Source: Selaginella moellendorffii (lineage: Eukaryota > Plantae > Lycopodiophyta). Taken from it: a stretch of DNA of 64,000 nt. The translations under genes were made by a program, and so were the position numbers. Location of the stretch: the NCBI RefSeq assembly GCF_000143415.4, contig NW_003314316.1, forward strand, positions 1 to 64,000. Direction: 5' to 3'. Numbering within the stretch: the stretch's first letter is position 1; each line of letters starts with the position of its first letter. The notes under the pieces were generated by a model. It did not search any database. It saw nothing but the letters and a program-made list of their open reading frames with translations, and was not told where the DNA came from. Below, in pieces: positions 60,801-64,000 of this stretch.

Positions 60801-62281
60801 TTCAATGAAGAATAAAATCTGCTGCAGTGCAATGAAAGAATGTGTACACTCCTTGCTCTACGAGTTTCGAGACAGACAGAAGGTGTCTTGCTAGCTTCAG
60901 CACATATAAAACGTTAGCAACCTCAAGTTGAAGACATGAAAAATAAACTGTGCAATATACAATTATTTGTAAAGCTTCACCACCTGCTATGCTAATTGAC
61001 ATATCAAATTTCCTATAGCTTATCTGTCTGAAGAACATCTTATTTGAAGTCATGTGATGCATTGCTCCACTATCTTGCAGCCAACTCATACTCTGACATT
61101 TCCCACTTTGAGCATAATTTGAAAATACGAAAGATGAGTCCTTGAAAAATGAATACCATTAAGATTGTCCTCTTCCTCATGTGCTGCTAATTTTGCAATC
61201 GGCCCCTTTCATTTGCAATCCTTTTGACAGAGACAATCCATTGCAAAATGCCCAAAACCACAGCATTCATTGCAACGAACACTCCCATACTTTTGTCATG
61301 CTTGTTCCACCGAGTTGCATTCACTTGAAAATTTTCGTCACTTGAAAGAATTTCTTCCAGTCATCTGAGCTGCCATCGCCACCATTTCCTCATCCTTGGA
61401 CTCTCCAACATCCTTGTCTTGAAAGACCTTGTTCAAGCTGGCATAATGGTGGATGTTAGCGATCACTTGATCCAATCCTAGACAAAGATAATTATTTGGA
61501 GTTCCATCTTGGCTTTCTAGTACTTCTCATTCAGTCTGAGTATCATGAGAGCACCAGTCGCATTGGAAAATTTAGATCTCATATTCTGCAACTTATCCCT
61601 AAGAGCTGTCATCCGATCTATGTAATCCTGAGCCTTCTCATGCGGACCTTGGTGGCAGTTCACCATCTCTTGGAAGATGCTCATCTCTATCACCCAAGAC
61701 TACTCACAATAAAATTGTTGGAGAGTTTTCCAAGCTACAGCTGCTGTTTGAGAATTTTTCACCTTCAAGATATCCTCTGAATGCACTTGCTCCATCAGCA
61801 TCACTTTTGCAGTGACATCATTCTGTTTGAAATCATCATGCCATCACTGATATGCTTGTCTTTGCTCCATAGACATTTGAGCAACTTCTTCTGGAGGGAG
61901 AAGAATTGGCACCTATTCACGCCTTGTGACTACTCCCAATACCTTCTTCTTGGAGAACTTGGCTTCCATGATGGAAAACCATCGAAATGCATTATCATGA
62001 GAAAGAAGAAGCTTCCCTTCCTCCTTTCCCTTCCCCATCTCAACCTAAGCCCTTACTGTCTAGCCTATTCTTGCAAATCCACACCACTTCTCTGCACTGC
62101 TTCTATGGTTCATGCCACAAATCATTGTACACCACTAATGGATTGGAAAAACCAGAGCCCTAGAAAAGAGAATCTTTTGATCCCTCTGATACCATGATGG
62201 AACAGGTGTAAAGGAATAGTACTTGACATATATTGGTACAGCACTTCTCACCTTATATACACACCCTTTGATCTCTCCTTG
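57876..62281 (-). mobile_element. Decayed Ty1/copia LTR retrotransposon
   Basis: LTRs at 57876-57985 and 62195-~62281; PBS TGGTATCAGAG (62184-62194); PPT 57986-57993; zinc knuckle, DSGA protease, integrase (KTPYEIWTG), YVDD RT and DAD RNaseH in copia order; many stops. Confidence 0.93.
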
Positions 62282-62789
62282 AAGTCACTTGAATGTTCTT
62301 CCCAACTCATTATTGAGAAAGTTCAAAAAGCCACCAAGTTTTTTTTTTATGTGGCAGGGGTAGTGTATTCTCAGCTAGAGTTGCGGCAACAACAACGCAA
62401 TCCAAACATTTCCACTGGAAGGGCATGCACAAAGACATACGAACGTAGATAGTGCATTGTCTCGTCTGTCAACAAATTGAGACAGTTTGTGGGTCTCCCT
62501 TCAATCTAGCCCAAGGATGCAACCTTTGTTATCGTTGTCAACATTTTCAGCAGAGAAGGTTGCAAACAAATTTACAGTATGTATGAGAAGGTTACACTCT
62601 TTAGTAAATAATATAATATTTTTTATTTTTAAAAATAAAATAATTTGCTGTGTGTTGCATGTAGTTTTGTAATCGTAATGTTATTTTTATTATTAATCCA
62701 ATGAAAGTTATAATTATAAACATGTTTATAATTTATAAACACAAGATTATTCTTATTGCATATCAACCATTAAATGGTAGAATAAAAAT

Positions 62790-63126
62790 GAGTATACTAG
62801 AAAGTGTTTAAGAAAGTTTATAAATTATAAATGCAAGATTAATTTAAATGAATAACAACCATTAGATGGTAGAATATCCTAGAATATCTAAGCATATTTT
62901 AGGTATATTCACTACCATCCCACTACTTTAAGAAACCAAAAATTCATTGCTTAAGCAAAACCTGAATGGTAGTGAATATGCCTAAAATATGTTTAATATT
63001 CTAGGATATTAACGGGTGTTATTTAGTTAGATTAATCTAAACTTTCTTAACACATTCTAGTATATTTTTGGTTTGTTTAAGTAAGCCTACAGGGGGACTG
63101 GGATGATAGTAGATATACCTAGAATA
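62790..63126. mobile_element. AT-rich foldback/MITE-like palindrome
   Basis: 62873-62916 pairs with 62968-63010; 62793-62860 pairs with 63018-63065. Confidence 0.65.
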
Positions 63127-64000
63127 TGTCAGGAATCCCTCAATTCTTGCTACATTCCTGACTTTTGCCGGATTCCTGACCTGCAGACCACATTCCTAAC
63201 TCTCGAGACACTTCCCTATCCCTAACTCTCGAGACACTTCCCTATTCCTGACTCTCTGATTTCTGAGTCTTGAGCCACATTCCTGATGATGATGTGGCAC
63301 TTATTCGACCTCAACTATATTTAGGCCATCCTCGATCCAAGAGTGGTGGAGCTTTATCAACCTATAGTATATATAGGTTAGCCTTGTTCCATTTCTCTAC
63401 AATCTGAATCAACACCAGTCAAAGGCCTCTTCTTTCTTTCCACTAGCTTTTCTCTTTGTCTTTTGCATTTTCCAGTCTTGATCTTGTTGGGGGTCTTGAC
63501 AATTTGATTCAGATTGTGTTTTTTGCTTTTGCTTTAGCTCGTTTCGATTGTTTGATTGCCTTTTTCTTTTTCCCCCCTTTTTCTTTCTTCTTGCCGATGG
63601 AGTCTCCAAGCCATCCTGATTTCTTTGCCGAAGTCCTTGCAAAAATTCAGTTTGAGAATACCGAGCTGAAGGTGACCCTTCTTCGCATGCAGCAAGAGCT
63701 TACTTCACTTTTGGCTCAAGGATCCAACAAAGTCCCTGAACCAAAGGTGAGTTTCCTGGCGAAATTTTCAGGCAAGCGTTCGGAGCTTCGCGGATTTCTG
63801 AACCAGATGGAGCTGATCTTTGCACTTCAACATTGGCAGTACCCCACTCCCGAGTCTCAAATCGGCGTGATTGAGACGTTGCTCGAAGGTACAGTTTTGT
63901 CATGGTTTTCTCCTCTTTTGGAGAAGAGCATGAAAGGGGTCATGGTTCCAGAGTTCAATTGTTCAAAGAGAAGCTCGAAGCATGTTTTGGCAAGACGAAT
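63127..64000 (+). mobile_element. Ty3/gypsy (Tcn1/Tf1-like chromovirus) 5' LTR and gag, running out of the window
   Basis: LTR TGTCAGGA...TCTTGACA (63127-63501); gag from ATG 63597: EPKVSFLAKFSGKRSELRGFLNQMELIF..YP..LLEG...WF. Confidence 0.85.

Noticed and set aside
1-64000. tRNA, rRNA or CRISPR loci
   Set aside because: None recognised by eye; a covariance-model search was not possible

Overview
Gene-dense plant nuclear DNA with very short introns (mostly 45-100 nt). The gene content (PLS-type PPR genes, a microbial-type terpene synthase, intraflagellar-transport gene IFT144, DUO1) points to a lycophyte, most likely Selaginella; this is an inference. Recognisable genes in order: 2OG/Fe dioxygenase, PPR, NIPA Mg transporter, N-terminally short IFT144/WDR19, MTPSL, PPR, a conserved plant protein with a U12 AT-AC intron, HVA22-like, Rubisco activase, DUF1138/COX4, a lysine-rich protein with an RVxF motif, DUO1, an At3g56010-like protein, UGT, two divergent PPRs, COX5C, DNA polymerase delta catalytic subunit (apparent +1 frameshift), extensin (cut by an N gap) and DUF4419. 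The right end holds a CVNH-like remnant, a decayed copia element inserted in a gypsy remnant, a foldback element and the start of an apparently self-priming Tcn1/Tf1-type gypsy element. The most striking feature is a recurrent class of deletion-riddled, intron-retaining copies of nearby genes. At 1-14 kb there are three related mosaics built from the PPR-COX5C-POLD1 block (42.2-46.0 kb); two of them also carry 2-ODD and FCP1-phosphatase fragments. One has an internal inversion that creates ~1.5 kb inverted repeats, a candidate hairpin/siRNA locus. All alignments and splice models were made by eye, so boundaries are approximate.
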